DNA of 64,000 nt from assembly GCA_964016885.1 (NCBI GenBank), contig OZ024745.1:55180001-55244000 (forward strand), written 5' to 3'. Positions 1 to 15,888 of the stretch are shown here, piece after piece. Each line of letters begins with the position of its first letter. Positions within the stretch are counted from its first letter, which is position 1. This DNA comes from Eledone cirrhosa. Taxonomy: Eukaryota. The notes below the pieces were generated by a model. It saw nothing but the letters and a program-made list of their open reading frames with translations. It made no database searches and was not told where the DNA came from. A program made the position numbers and the translations under genes.

Positions 1-243
1 ACCAGTATGACTCTAAAAACCGGTTTGTCTGTGTGTTTACATACAGAATAGCTGGCCACTCACAGTAAAGTGATCAGTGAAAAAAACTTGGTACATCTAC
101 ATATGTATACGTGTGTGTATTCATATACATACTAGTATTTCAGTATACATATATGGATGTACATCTTTGACTTAATTGTTTGAGCGTCAGTCATACAAAA
201 GTGAGTTACAAACGAAACGAAATTTAATTTCGTTTCGTTATTT

Positions 244-520
<277 letters not shown>

Positions 521-2026
521 TATGTGTTTATGAGAGTGTATACATATTACAAGTGAGATAGAGAAAGAGAAAGCTATTCTAAGAGGTATTGGAACTTATT
601 TAAATCACATATTCTCTAATGCATCGTTATATATGCAATAATATATGTACATATAACAAAGACAAATAATCAGACCCTGGCGTGTTTATAAGATAATTTC
701 GATAATCTTTTGAAGCAAGAATCATATATATTTTATCCCATTTTCATACTTTTACAAATTTATTGGCTTTTACCGAAATGTGAATTTAATATTTCATTGC
801 GAATACAGCATATTAAATGTAACACTTAATGAAGCATGGTAGAACATACCTCATGCCTTCAATATCCTTAGGAACGAAAAGATCACATTCTTTTATCCCT
901 ATAAAACGTTTGCGAATATGTAAGAAATCAATATTCATTATCTATGCATGCAAAATTTGTTTCCAATGGATGAATATGATTGTAATAATCGCACCATCGT
1001 AAATGGAATTAATGCTGATCAGAATTTGGATGTGCGTACGTTAGTTACTCTCTATGTTCAGAAGAAATTGTCGATGTTGAGAGAAATATTTAGAAATATG
1101 TGTACAATTACGATACTATATTCACGACGGAAATCTGAAACTAATAACCATGACTGCAGTTGTCAAAATGTCCAGAAATTGATACTCGTTTATATATGTA
1201 TAACTCAAGTGATTTCATTCTCTTCAAAATAATATAACGACCAACGGTGTCGTTGATGTGCGGCTGAATGCGGAGTCCCAGATTAATTACATTACTGTAT
1301 AGTGTATTTAGTTTCCTCTCTCTATCATCGCAGTTGAATTGGCATGACTGTTGAGCTTTCGTTTTCTCTTCTCTTCAGGTCGATATCATAAGAACAATAA
1401 TGTACTGGCATAAAAACAGTAATCTTTATTGCATCCTCATTCAAATCTGGCAAATTGCCTGCAGGAAAAAATGAATACAATAACGATTTTCAAAGTGGCT
1501 TTCTTGGCAAAATCTGTAGAGCGCCTTACTGAAAACCTATAATTCCTAGAAATTCACTTTTAAAATGTGTTTACACCCATAATGCCTTTCACAATACTTT
1601 TATCATTACTATACATATATATATATATTGATTCAACTGACTCCCTTTCTCTGGCACGATTCTTGACCGATGGCAGTGAATTAAAATTTATTTTCAGTAT
1701 TATATATCATGAGTATTTAATAACTTAGTAAAATTAAGATATGTGGAGCAGAAAATATTTTGCTGTGTTAAGTCCAAGTTTATTCGTGTTAAATTAAACA
1801 TGAATTTTGTCATGAGATATTTTAAACAAATTTCCTGAGCTGGTTTTTAAGATCGTTTACTGGAGGTATATATCAGTAAATATAACCATAGGGCTAGCGT
1901 TATCAGCAATTAATTTTAAGAATTACTAAAGCGATCCATTAGATATTGTAATTTACTTTTGTTTAGGAATTTTAAGTTTTAGTGTATACGATATCCATTA
2001 CGGTAATATCGAATCATCTATGAGAC

Positions 2027-2241
<215 letters not shown>

Positions 2242-5200
2242 TATATGCTGACAGATGTAGAGAGAGAAATGGAAGAAACAGAGAGGGAGAGGGAAAGTGT
2301 GAGAAAAATAAGAGCGAGAAACTGAAGCGCTTGGATTGTATATATTTGTGGTGCATGTAATTTTCTCGGTTAATGGAACTGACATTGTTATTGCAGTTGC
2401 TTTATTACTAAGACTCATGCATAGCGATTTTTTTAATAATTCGTGGATATGTACACATGAAGGGGATACCATTGTAATGAAATGAGAGTGAGATTTTGTG
2501 AAGTTTATGCAACGTGGAAGGCATTGCAAGGGAAGAATACCTGTGGGTGTTTCCTTTCGTAAATTCTGCTGAGTAAGGTACATGATTTCAGAAACGAAGT
2601 GATACTAAGTAAGTTTCCTGTTGTAGAATGTTAACAATAATAATCAATCTCATTTTGACGGAGTGGTAATTTATATTATATTGCATGTTCTCAATAAAAT
2701 TGTATATGAGGTCGGATATATCAAATGCTTATAGACAGTTTATTATCTCCCAATATCCGCAGAGTTGCACGAGAGCAAACGGTCGTGCAATTTCGCTGTG
2801 TGGAACGTAGTTTTACGTATTAAGGCCAATGCACTCACGAATACACAATCAAAGTGACACCGAATGACAAACACGAATTTATATGTGTTCTCCGTATTTT
2901 AGAATATTATAATGCCTTTACCAAGTGATCTTCATATTGCAATAAATATATATTTGCATGTTGGCTGGTACGAAGAATTAAATGGAGAAAGTTTTTTTTT
3001 TATGTAATAGTTCATTTCTTATGAGTTAGCGATTTGTTACCGATCACGAAATCCTACGTGAAATTCATCGTGCTAGTTCCCTCCGCACAAACCTTTATCA
3101 GAATCTTACTTTGATAAAGCTGTATGATTCAAAGCACAGAATGCCTTGCCAAATCAATTCGTCTTGTTCTGTTAACCAATAATGATTATGTTTCAAGATG
3201 TTTCCTTATGTAATTAAATTATTACCTAATTTAATGAAGATTTATAGTGCAATAAACAATTACAGTTATTAATTTAAAAGAGAGACACAACAAATATAGG
3301 GCTACGTAAACTTCACTGCTCAGTCGATTCCGGTCACAATTAAACTAAAGAGAGCGTTATTTTTTAATCTTGTTTTTCTTTTATATATTGGGATGATAAA
3401 CTGAGATTCTCATATCAATATCTTACTGATCAAATTGCTAAGTGTCATATTTCACTATGAAAAACTTAACTGCTATTTCATATTAAATATACCATTTCAG
3501 TTGTATTCTGTTATTCACCTTTACATTGTATATATATATTGCGAAATAATAGTTACATACATACACGCCTCAGGATTAAACAAAACGTGGCAAATGAAGT
3601 CGGTTCGACACATTTATAACAGCTACAATTCTTTTCGGTCATGAATCCTATATTATAATGACTGTTAGCAAACAGAAGAACGTTTATGATAAACTCTGCT
3701 TATAACACATTCTGTTAGATCTGATATTTATATGAATTTAATTGTAGAAAATGTTACTGTCAGTAACTGTAAGAGTTACAATTATTTGCATTCTATTATC
3801 AATATGTTCATGTTAAACGTGTACCATTATATATAATTCCATTTCTTTATCCCATGCAATCATTATTTAGCATTTATAACTTGTCGAGTTCTACAGTGAT
3901 TTGAGCACGTTTAAATGAAAGGGAAAATATGAATATTTTCTCCTTGGATATGAGTAACGCTTCTGTGTGAATTCCACCACCGAATTAGAACTAAGGAAAA
4001 TATAGGATTATAGTTCGTATTACACGAAGATATGAAAAACCTCATAAGAAAGGACAAATTTGAAGACAGACATGTTAATGAAATTTAACTATGACCATTC
4101 ATCTTCTTTAATTTTCATACATTTAGCTTATTAAGTGATGAAGCCTTAAAATCAATGTTTGCGGCAAAGGCATATGAACGTAATCGTAATGAACGCATTT
4201 CTCAATAATCGAATATATCATGAAATTTGTAAAGCTATTTTCAGATCCAGAGAAAGTAAAAAGGAAAACTATGCTATCTTCGATGATCCGCATATGTCAA
4301 TGTGTGATATTTCATTATTCGAAGTATTACAGAAAATTCCGAAAATCTAGGACGAATATTGTTATTGCCTATAAACTTTGATGATATATATTTTGTTAAA
4401 AAATTTAATGAAATAATCTAACAAATATGCAATAACGCTGAGACAACTTGCAAGCGAGAATAAAAGGCAGACGTTTACAAATATGATATGATCAATGGAG
4501 ATATGCCAGTGTTATAGGGAGTATAGGATATTTATTACACTGTATAATTTTCGGGGAAGGGGGCTTTTCTGGCATCACCTTGTACAAGGAATATGTAGAA
4601 TGAATTATTTAACATTAAGGGAAAGCTTAAACTGAACATTTTTTCTCATTTTAAATACATAAAAAATAGGAACTTTTAGTATTAAATATTACACGTAGTA
4701 TTAAATATTACACTGTAATATTTAATACTAAACGTAATAAGATGGAGTGGGGAGGAATGAAGAATGCAATATTTAAAATTATAGCAATATATTTTCCCTC
4801 CTTTTAATATATGTGTTTATCTCTGGCCGACTGCCAGATTCTCTATAAATCTGCTCAGGTTTATTTAATTTGTGATGGATTTCGTATGAGTTGGATATGC
4901 AATTGCATTTTATATTACAGATGCCGAGATTCTTGATGATTAAGTTGACAGGCACTATGTTGCGGAAAGTAAAATGTCATTTTGCATTGTTCCGTTTGCG
5001 GGTTTTATAATTAAACTATCCCAAGGTGAAAATGAAGCAGATAATTATTTTAAAGACTTAATTTTTACACAATATTGTTCATGCTGAATGTAACATTGAG
5101 CAAGTGGTTAGTAAATATATGAGTAAATATAGGAAATAAATACGCAGAATTATACGTATTTTCTTTAGAAAGAAATCATTCGATGTTTGCTAGTAGCTTG

Positions 5201-6730
5201 TAATTATTGTCCTCCCTTTCTTTCAACCATCCAACAGGCATAGTATATTGTGGAGGACAATTATTCCTTAATCCAATAACTAGGATATAGAAGATGCTCA
5301 TCAAAGTTACAATAAAAAAAAAATAATTAAAATTCATTGATGTATAACTAGCCCATATATTCATGGACAAACTAAAACAATTCGAGTAGCGACATTGATT
5401 TTCAGATTTGAGAATTTACCATTTATATGAAATGTGCGTGATAATTTCGGACGCATCGGAAATAAACGGAAAAAGCATAGTTTTTTCTGTTGCATTTCCC
5501 TTGTGTGCCAGATCGTTTTTTTATTCATATTCAAATGTCCGAGACACGAGGTCTTTTATGAACCTATGAAATAATAAATGCTACATCGCCCGGTCTGGCT
5601 TCTATTCCCACTTCCTTCCTTATCAGTGTCTCCTTGTCATTTTCGTTCTATGTTGGATTGTAATCCAAATATTTCTTTTTTCTATTTTTCTATTAATCGC
5701 CTTTCTATGTTCTCTCCTTCTGATGATCTAACACCGTTTCTATATCACTCTTCCTTCTAACATGATGCTTGTTGCTTCGTAGAAATGTTTTCCTTTTCCA
5801 TCATTACTTGTGAATTTCGCCGATTGGCATATCTCCTTTATGTCCACATCTTGTATTGAATCCCAATGTGCACAGTAGTTAATAGTATCAAATTGATGCA
5901 CTGGAACTATAGTGATGTCCAGAGATTGACTTTGGCATAAAGACTATCCGCTTTACCATTATTTTTGCATCATATTTGTCCTGTGTGTCCCACTATGTGT
6001 ATGTACAGGAGTTACCTGAAAGTGCAGAACCTAAAATACACCCAGGAGTTATTTTGTTTATATCAAGCTTCATTTTGAAATTCATGTTTCTTTAATTAAT
6101 AGGCTGACATTAAAAAGATCAAACCCCGTTATTTATTATGCGAATAGGGTTTTAAATTTGTTAACTTTATCAACTAAAATAAAACATATTATATATGAAT
6201 TGCAGTGGACACAACAAAAGATTGCATTCAATAACTTGTCCATTGATATATATATTGGTCTCATATGTTTGCATATCATATTCGGATTTAATCCTGATTT
6301 CTTTTGAGCTTTATTGAGGGAGCCTGTGTGTGTTTGTTATATTTTTATTCTATATAGTGCGTACATTATCCTATTTATTCTTCAATGGATATTTCTCGGA
6401 TAAAGATCTGGTTACGTTGACATAACCAAAGCAACCATATAATTTAATATCCTCATATAACAAGCGTATGTTTAAAAAACGCGACGCAATATCTAAGCTT
6501 AGAGTAAAGCATAACAAAAACGGAAAATTATTCTACTTCCTTTTTGTTTTCTGAATCCTAAAAATAACGGAAAATTAATCGATATTTCTTCTAACTCATC
6601 AATTGCATTTTCCGATGACTTTGAAATCTTTACAATAGGCCTGTCATGAACTAGGAAATATATAAACAGATGTTTTACATTGTTTTTGATTTGTAAAATA
6701 ATGTAGTGTTTTTTGTTATTATAATTATGG

Positions 6731-6847
6731 ATTGGCAGCATCAGTAGAGCGTTGGAGATTATCTTTACCTTTCATCCTTACGTGGTCGATAAAAGAAAGC
6801 ACCAGTAATGCACTGGGTTCGATTTAATCGACTTTCCCTTCCCCTTC

Positions 6848-6850
<3 letters not shown>
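6731..6850 (+). mobile_element. Internally deleted tRNA-derived SINE (same family as 58532-58718)
   Basis: ctttacctttcatccttacgtggtcgataaaa...ccagtaatgcactggg matches the central and 3' part of the 58.5 kb SINE. Confidence 0.6.
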
Positions 6851-6894
<44 letters not shown>

Positions 6895-6942
6895 ATAATA
6901 ATAAATTTGAAGACTTGAATCCAAAGAGGGCTCGAAAAGGAT

Positions 6943-7817
<875 letters not shown>

Positions 7818-7949
7818 TTAGAAAGTGAGGTTTTTTTTACAAAATGAAAAATAACCGAGGTCTCCTACACGAGTGAAAGTATAATGAAAAAGAGATGAAA
7901 TCGAAAATGCAACTGGAGTCTCATTTTTTTTTTTAAATATATATATTTA

Positions 7950-8848
7950 TTTGGTTCCTTTACCGGTTTCGCAGATCTTCTGCTTTTCAAAAGGTGAGTT
8001 GAGATGGAGGGTCTGTGGTTTTTCTCACATCTGGTTGGTCTCTGAATGTTACTTGTTTTATATGGAAAAAGTGGCTCGAAATGCCAGGTTTTTCGAGAAG
8101 TAATTTGATTGGTTTGTCAATAATTATAATAAATTTCGCGCCAGTTCGCGTTACAATAGTTCTTCAAATAAGAGGGGGGGGGGGTGTCACAGGTTGTTTT
8201 TTCATATATGAGTGTTTGAATTTCTTTTTACTTGAAAAAAGGAGGCTCACGAAGGCTTTTTTTTGGTTGGTTATAAATGAAATTATGGCTGTCACGTGAA
8301 CAAATTTTCATTAAATGTTTGTGCCCTTATTTGGAAATCTACTCTGTAGCCTTTTTAGAGAATTTTTTGATAAGTAAAAGATAATGGTCAAGAGAAAGGG
8401 ATGGGAGAATTGTTCTGGTTCAGTGAATATGGTTAGTTCGCTGGGGTGTCAGAATTCAGATTTTCTATTGAATAAAGAAAGTAAAGATATGTGTGTTTAT
8501 TTGTGTGCTTGTGTGTGTGTGTGCGTGTGTGTGTGTTTGAATTTCTTTACTTTAAAAAAAGGTGGCTCACGAAGGCTTTTTTTTAATAAACGTGATTTAA
8601 TTGGTTATAAATGAAATTTGGCTGTCACGTGAACAAGTTTTCATTACATTTTTGCGCCCTTATTTGGAAAACTATTCTGTAGTCTTTATAGCGAATGTTA
8701 TGACAATGGAAAGATAGTGGTCAAGAGAAAAGGGATTGGGAGAATTGTTCTGGTTCAGTGAATATGGTTAGTTCGCTGGGGTGTCAGAGTTCAGATTTTC
8801 TATTGAAGTGAAGATATGTATGTTTATTTGTGTGCTTGTGTGTGTGTA

Positions 8849-8880
<32 letters not shown>

Positions 8881-9283
8881 TATTGGAAGATGATTCTATT
8901 AGTAGAAATGGGGGAGGGAGTTGTGTGTGTGTGTATATGGGTGTTATGTGTGTGTGTGCGAGTATGCTAAGATGGAGAGAATATATATTTTGTGTGTGTG
9001 TATATATATGTGTGTAGGAAAGTGGTTCTATTAGTAGAAATGGGGAGGGAGTTGTGGGTGTGGGGGTTGTTATGTGTGTGTATGGGTGTTATGTGTGTGG
9101 GAGTATGGTAAGCATGTTAAGATGAAGAGAATATATATATATATATATATTGTGTGTGTATGTATGTGTGTGTGTAGGAAAGTGATTCCTTTAGTAGGAA
9201 TATTTTTGAATGAACATATTTTCCTTACTTATTCGTGTTTGCTGTTGTATTGTCAGTGCAAACGTATGTTAAGGTTTATTTAG

Positions 9284-9290
<7 letters not shown>
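7950..9290 (-). mobile_element. Repeat family F, PLE 3' region with HHR and an internal tandem duplication (about 8200-8490 vs 8530-8810)
   Basis: Similar to the arms of the 38648-39587 palindrome; HHR at its 3' end; TA-rich flanks. Confidence 0.55.
7957..7994 (-). ncRNA. Minimal type I hammerhead ribozyme, U3-A8 core variant
   Basis: Minus strand: cctt-TTGAAAA-gcag aagat ctgc-GAAA-ccgg-TA-aagg; stems I and II pair, palindromic loop III. Confidence 0.7.
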
Positions 9291-9328
<38 letters not shown>

Positions 9329-9479
9329 TTATTCCCGGTTCAATCAGGGATAACCACAGTAAGTAAGGTACACGTGAGAAATCATCAGGAATCACCAGGC
9401 TCAGCTTCATGATGATTTCTCACGAATGAAACAGTTCAGGTCATTTAGAAGCTTTTCTATATTAACATATATGTATTTC

Positions 9480-9568
<89 letters not shown>

Positions 9569-9676
9569 GTTTTCTCCGGATTTTAAAACACACTTTATTA
9601 TACGTTGAGCAATCTCCGACGTCGGTTGACTCCATCCAATGCAACTACTTAGTAACATTGGAATCCAAATTTACTA

Positions 9677-9769
<93 letters not shown>

Positions 9770-9782
9770 ATATATATATATG

Positions 9783-9856
<74 letters not shown>

Positions 9857-10215
9857 AATCCACCAGGTTGTGGAAGGGCTGGTAACATTTTTAGGACTCA
9901 ATGTGACTTTGTAAGGATGTGGCTGCAGCGAGATTCGGCATTGTGACTATTAGTTTCTGTTGTAGGCGCTCAACACTTATGGTGTCCTCGAAGAAAATGC
10001 GTCCCGCTTCCAGAATCATTTACATATATGTGTTTGTGCACAGGACAATACAAACAAGTACTGAGACGTAGGTCGACAGTTAGTTCATTGTTTTATGAGC
10101 GTTTCTGAGGGTCAATTGATCGATTGTAGTTGTTAAGTTTCTAAATATTTGTAGTTTCGTGATCCCTTTTTAATCGGCTGTCTTCCTCAGAATCAATAAA
10201 ATGTGATTTTATTTG

Positions 10216-10281
<66 letters not shown>

Positions 10282-10611
10282 TATGTATATATATATATAT
10301 ATGATCACCAATTCTAATTTATATAATATATATAGCGGCGATGAATTAGTTTAGCTAGGTTTTTTATATGAAATCGTGTGTCGAAACAAATATTGTTATA
10401 CTTGGGGAGGGTCATATTTGTGTAATATTGCCAGAATTAATAACAGAACACACTCACTGTTTGGTTGGTTTTCGCTTCTCGCTGTCTTTTATATCTGCGA
10501 TCTAACTTACTCGGTCCTCAGTGTTGCCATTGACTGACCGACGGTCAAAAATAATACAGTTACAATATAGACACAAACACATATATATAGTTTACATAAT
10601 TTACATAAATC

Positions 10612-10639
10612 TTTCGTTGCACATCTGCAACATCGTCAG
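10612..10639 (-). ncRNA. Hammerhead ribozyme core in PLE-1 left arm
   Basis: CTGACGA-t-gttgca gatg tgcaac-GAAA-gatt-TA; stem I weak. Confidence 0.6.
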
Positions 10640-10913
10640 TGGTGTTATATTTTTTCCTCCTGTTGTGTTGTATGTCTACACCATTTTTTTATTCAGTCTG
10701 TCTATATATTTATTTATTTATTTGCTTGTTTGTTTATTTTATTTTGTCTTCTTTGCGCATGCGTTTGCGTGTGTGTATAGTGTTATGTTTGCTGTGTGAC
10801 TAGTGTGTATAGTGTTGTGTCTGCTGGGTGACTAGTGTGTGTTTATGTGCCTGTTGTTATTGTGCTTGTGTATGTATTTATTTATCTTATTTTATTTTAT
10901 TTTATTTACTTAT

Positions 10914-11360
10914 TTATACTTCTCTTAGGTCAGTGTTGTTTGTTTGGGTGTTGTTGTTGTTCCACTCATTCTTTCTGTTTAGCTTTGGTCTTCTAATTTC
11001 TATTTCACTGGCCTCTCTGATTTGCCTATCTGCTGGGTCATTCCTATGTTTAGATATTATTCTAATTTCTATGTTGTCTATGTTACCGTCATGTTGTTGT
11101 CTAGCATGTTCGTATAGTACTGACCCGTTTTTTCGTCCTTTTAGTTCCCCCCAGGGTTGGTTTATCCTTTCACCTATGCTACGAGCTGTCTCACCTATGT
11201 ATGTTGTTATCATGTTTCTGCAAGTACCCTCTGTACATCTTATGCTATAGACTACGTTTCTAGTTTTACAGTTTATCCGGGGGTTCACCTTACATATGAT
11301 ACATTTCCTATTGGTACAGTGGGTTTTCTTAAAAGGGTAGGTTTTGCTGATCAGGGTTTT
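10914..11360 (-). pseudogene. PLE-1 Cys-rich linker + GIY-YIG endonuclease (left arm)
   Basis: NVVYSIRC...YIGETARSIGERINQ...EH...REASEI...PKLN. Confidence 0.9.
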
Positions 11361-12502
11361 TTAGGGTGGTTCCTGGCTTTTCTACCACCTTTATTTTTAA
11401 GTGGATCTTTCTCAGGGCCTTTCTACACTGGTTAGCTAATTTCCCTCCAGGGGTCGCGTCCACAAACATGACACTCTGATATCTCTGGTTGTCGTACCAT
11501 GATGTGGCCTTCACTATCTTATGTCTAGCCCTATCTAACCTATTCCATGATTTGCTCCTGTATAATGGGCAAATTCCTTTCATGTCCAGTTCTATGAGGG
11601 TCTTATACTTTTCCATGGCTCCTTCGTATACTCTGATTCTGTCTCTTTGGCTGTAGCCAGAGAACTGCATGCGGTTGATGAAGTGTTGGATGTGTCTTTC
11701 CATTTCTGTTGGGTCGCACATGCTGGACACATTCTTCATCACTCGTACCAAATCGGCGATCAGAATATTAAACTTAGCACTACTGGACATTGCTGAGTTT
11801 TTGAGTATCAGGTATTTGGAGGCCATGGGTTTAGCATAGTGTGAGTGGAAAATTTGGGCTCTTTCGTCTATAGTGTTAATCCAGAGTTCTGTGTATAATA
11901 CAGGTAGTCTATTGTTAGGGTGTTTGGAAGGGAAGTCGATAGTTACAGTTATACTCTGATGTATGGAATTAGCTATCTGCTGGATGCTTTCCATCGTGCT
12001 ACGTTCTAAATCAAACTTGTTAGTCCACTCCAGTGGGGGTGTTCTTATAACTATATTGATATCGTCTACATAACGAGAGTACATGATGAGGTCTATGGAG
12101 CTTTCATTAAGGAGATCTTTAAGTCTCCTTTCCCACCATACCATGAAAAGGTTGGCAACATCACCAGCTATGCTGACGCCGATGGCTGCTCCCTCATTTT
12201 GGGTGTAGATTTTCTCATTGAACTTAAATATGTGGCCCTTTAGGGTAGTTTTGATACTAGCCCCTATTGCATGTGCGACCATTTTTCTTACCTGGTCCTT
12301 GTTTTGGGGGGTCCGTATAGCTTTGGTCCACCCAATCCACCTTCCCATGGGAGTCTTTTTTGCCATTGAGGTTATGGTGGGGGGTCTACCTCGTATAGGT
12401 CTACTAGGGAAGAAACATCTAAGGTCATGGCTGTCTAGGTAGTCAGTGTCGTAGGTAAGTCTAAGTAGGAGGCCCAGTTCGTCTGTGTCGACGTCGTTGG
12501 AT
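11329..12502 (-). pseudogene. PLE-1 reverse transcriptase (5'-truncated, frameshift near 11360 before the endonuclease)
   Basis: QNEGAAIGVSIAGDVANLFM, YSRYVDDI, HYAKPMAS; PLE-type RT motifs. Confidence 0.9.
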
Positions 12503-12713
12503 AGACACATCCAACACTTCATCAACCGCATGCAGTTCTCTGGCTACAACCAAAGAGACAGAGTCAGAGTATACGAAGGAGCCATGGAAAAGTATAAGAC
12601 CCTCATAGAACTGGAAATGAATGGAATTTGCCCATTATACAGGAGCAAATCATGGAATAGCTTAGATAGGGAAGGCCACATCATGGTACGACAACCAGAG
12701 ATATCAGAGTGTC

Positions 12714-13268
12714 ATGTTTGTGGACGCCACCCCTGGAGGGAAATTAGCTAACCAGTGTAGAAAGGCCCTGAGAAAGACCCACTTAAAAATAAAGGTGGTA
12801 GAAAAGCCAGGAATCACCATAAAATCCCTGATCAGCAAAACCTACCCTTTTAAGAAAACCCACTGTACCAATAGGAAATGTATCATATGTAAGGTGAACC
12901 CCCGGATAAACTGTAAAACTAGAAACGTAGTCTATAGTATAAGATGTACAGAGGGTACTTGCAGAAACATGATAACAACATACATAGGTGAGACAGCTCG
13001 TAGCATAGGTGAAAGGATAAACCAACACTGGGGGGAACTAAAAGGACGAAAAAACGGGTCAGTACTATACGAACATGCTAGACAACAACATGACGGTAAC
13101 ATAGACAACATAGAAATTAGAATAATATCTAAACATAGGAATGACTCAGCAGATAGGCAAATCAGAGAGGCCAGTGAAATAGAAATTAGAAGACCAAAGC
13201 TAAACAAAAAGAATGAGTGGAATAACAACAACACCCAAACAAACAACACTGACCTAAGAGAAGTATAA
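12714..13268 (+). pseudogene. PLE-1 inverted copy: RT C-terminus, linker and GIY-YIG endonuclease (open from FVDATPGG to stop)
   Basis: 184-aa ORF nearly identical to the left arm; a short deletion near 12670 shifts the upstream frame. Confidence 0.88.
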
Positions 13269-13543
13269 ATAAGTAAATAAAATAAAATAAAATAAGATAA
13301 ATAAATACATACACAAGCACAATAACAACAGGCACATAAACACACACTAGTCACCCAGCAGACACAACACTATACACACTAGTCACACAGCAAACATAAC
13401 ACTATACACACACGCAAACGCATGCGCAAAGAAGACAAAATAAAATAAACAAACAAGCAAATAAATAAATAAATATATAGACAGACTGAATAAAAAAAAT
13501 GGCGTAGACATACAACACAACAGGAGGAAAAAATATAACACCA

Positions 13544-13577
13544 CTGACGATGTTGCAGATGTGCAACGAAAGATTTA
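13544..13577 (+). ncRNA. Hammerhead ribozyme core in PLE-1 right arm
   Basis: CTGACGA-t-gttgca gatg tgcaac-GAAA-gatt-TA. Confidence 0.6.
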
Positions 13578-13785
13578 TGTAAATTATGTAAACTGTATAT
13601 ATGTGTTTGTATCTATATTGTATCTGTATTATTTTTGACCGTCGGTCAGTCAATGGCAACATTGAGGACCGAGTAAGTTAGATCGCAGATATAAAAGACA
13701 GCGAGAAGCGAAAACCAACCAAACAGTGAGTGTGTTCTGTTATTAATTCTGGCAATATTACACAAATATGACCCTCCCCAAGTAT

Positions 13786-13873
<88 letters not shown>

Positions 13874-13963
13874 GTTTGTATATGTATAATAAAGCCAAAA
13901 CAATGCCGGTATGGACATAGAATAAAGAATGCAAATGCAAAAGATATTGTTGACAATTAGTCT

Positions 13964-14182
13964 TTTACCTTAGAATTATTTAAATCTCCTTAATTTTCGA
14001 GATAATATCTCTTCTTCGGAGGGAAGTAAAGCGGTTAAACCAGTGTTCTAAATAGCTTGCCAAGTCGTGCTGACAGGATGACTTGGCAAGCTATTTAGTA
14101 CCCTGGTTTAACCGCTTTACTTCCCTCCGAAGAAGAGATATTATCTCGAAAATTAAGGACATTTAAATAAATCTAAGGTAAA
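13964..14182. repeat. Near-perfect 219-bp palindrome with an HHR-like motif in each arm (14124-14158 +, 13988-14022 -)
   Basis: Arms are reverse complements around about 14072; cct-CCGAAGA-a-gagata t tatctc-GAAA-at-TA-agg. Confidence 0.85.
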
Positions 14183-15249
14183 TTTCTATACTAAATATAT
14201 TAAACATACTATTATTTTGAAATTATAACTTAAAATATTCTATAATATTTTAAAATTATATTGTTTTTAAAGTTATATTGCTTATAATATATTTCAAAAT
14301 TGTAATATAATTATTTTGTATTTTATGTACTCAATTATACTATGTACTGTATTTATATATACTTCTCTCTATATGTGTGTATATATATATATATGCGTAT
14401 TGACATGCATGTACATATGTTCTATGCGTGTATGTCTATCTGTACGTATATGTATACGGGATGCGTATCTACCTATTTGTTGAGGGTACATATATGTATG
14501 TATATGTTGGAATTGTGTATGTACATGTGCGTGTATATCCATACAATTCGATTGCACTAATGTATAGTGATTATCCCAAGATTCGTGACTGATAGACATA
14601 TAATAACATCCATAAATACATAACAGGTAATCTTATAAAACTTATATTAAAAAAATGTTGTTTAATAACATAAAGTGTGTATAACATAAAATTTGCTTTA
14701 ATGTCTTAACAATTATAACATTTTATAAGATTCCTATATCTTAAATTAAATTAATGAATCCTTTATGTTTTGTGTGTATATATTATATACGTAATTAGAT
14801 ATGTATATGTATTTTATAAGTGTGTATATATATTTATATGTATGTATTTTTTGCGTGTGTATACGTGTTATATAATATATAGATCTTTAATAATATATGG
14901 ATTTTTAATATATTGATCTCAATATTTAAATGATTAACTAAGCATCTAATCATATTTAAACAATGGTTAAATTTCTCATATTATATATGTATATTCCATT
15001 CATGATTATTAACATGCCTAATTTTATTTATTCATTTCATCTCAATTGTTAAGTTAACTCAACAAGATATGACTTAGAGTTTTTCGTTCTCTTCCCTTTT
15101 CTCTGTCTCCTCTCTCTCTCTATCTTTCTATCTCTGTTGTTCTGGTATATATCTCTCTCTCTCTTTCTTCCTCTCTCCTTCTCTATCATTCTCTTTCGGC
15201 TTATTTAAAAAATAAAAATATCCAATACTAATAATATAATTAAAGCTAC

Positions 15250-15441
15250 AACTACACTATCCGGCAGCTTCCAACAGCAATGGTTGCATTCTTTAAGGGT
15301 ATGTCAATATTTATTCATAAAACTGATATATGTTATATTTTATCTGATGAAAGCACACCATAATTTAACTTGGTGTCCTTGAAATTTGTATAATGAAATA
15401 AATATGGTTTTATAAATATAGTTTCCATTTGTTAATATCGT
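15250..15441 (+). mobile_element. Family A PLE 3' fragment with HHR (15336-15400)
   Basis: tattttat-CTGATGA-aagcacacca..tggtgtcctt-GAAA-tttgta-TA-atgaaata; homologous to the PLE-3 terminus; ends aatatcg-(TA)n. Confidence 0.75.
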
Positions 15442-15845
15442 ATATATATATATATATATATAGTTTCACAACAGTTAGTTCACCATTCGGATACAAAGTA
15501 CTAAGACAGATATATATATATATATATTTGTATATATATATATATATATGGAACATTATAGTATGTAACATTATCCCATTATTTTAATTTATATTCCTTT
15601 GAATTTCCGATGAGACACTCTGTTTTTTAAATATGTTAATTATTTTCAACTGAACCAGATCAATTATGATATATAGTCATCTGATCCAGAAATATAATAT
15701 GGAGTAGCGAAACAATTGTAAACGGACATTATTATTATCAATATTATTATTATTCTCTACATTCCTTACATCAAACTAAAATATGTTGACAATCTTTTAA
15801 TAATGTCTTCCTTGTGAAATTTGTGGTCTTGTTTTGCTTAACCAA

Positions 15846-15885
<40 letters not shown>

Positions 15886-15888
<3 letters not shown>

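Larger units (their letters stand above)
10335..13793 (-). mobile_element. PLE-1: 5'-truncated Penelope-like element with an inverted 5'-truncated second copy (arms 10390-11697 and 12503-13793)
   Basis: RT and GIY-YIG ORFs on the minus strand, mirrored 3' half on plus; (TA)n at both ends. Confidence 0.92.

Noticed and set aside
9373-10190. Short hairpin 9373-9424 and HHR-like motifs near 9408-9440 and 10155-10190
   Set aside because: Core or stems too degenerate to call, though likely PLE-derived
10828-11250. Hydrophobic 140-aa ORF and its mirror at 12932-13354
   Set aside because: Antisense frames of the PLE-1 endonuclease and AT-rich UTR
12503-12531. N-terminus MRLMKCWMCL of the 400-aa RT ORF
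   Set aside because: Read-through from the inverted arm across the junction, not a real start
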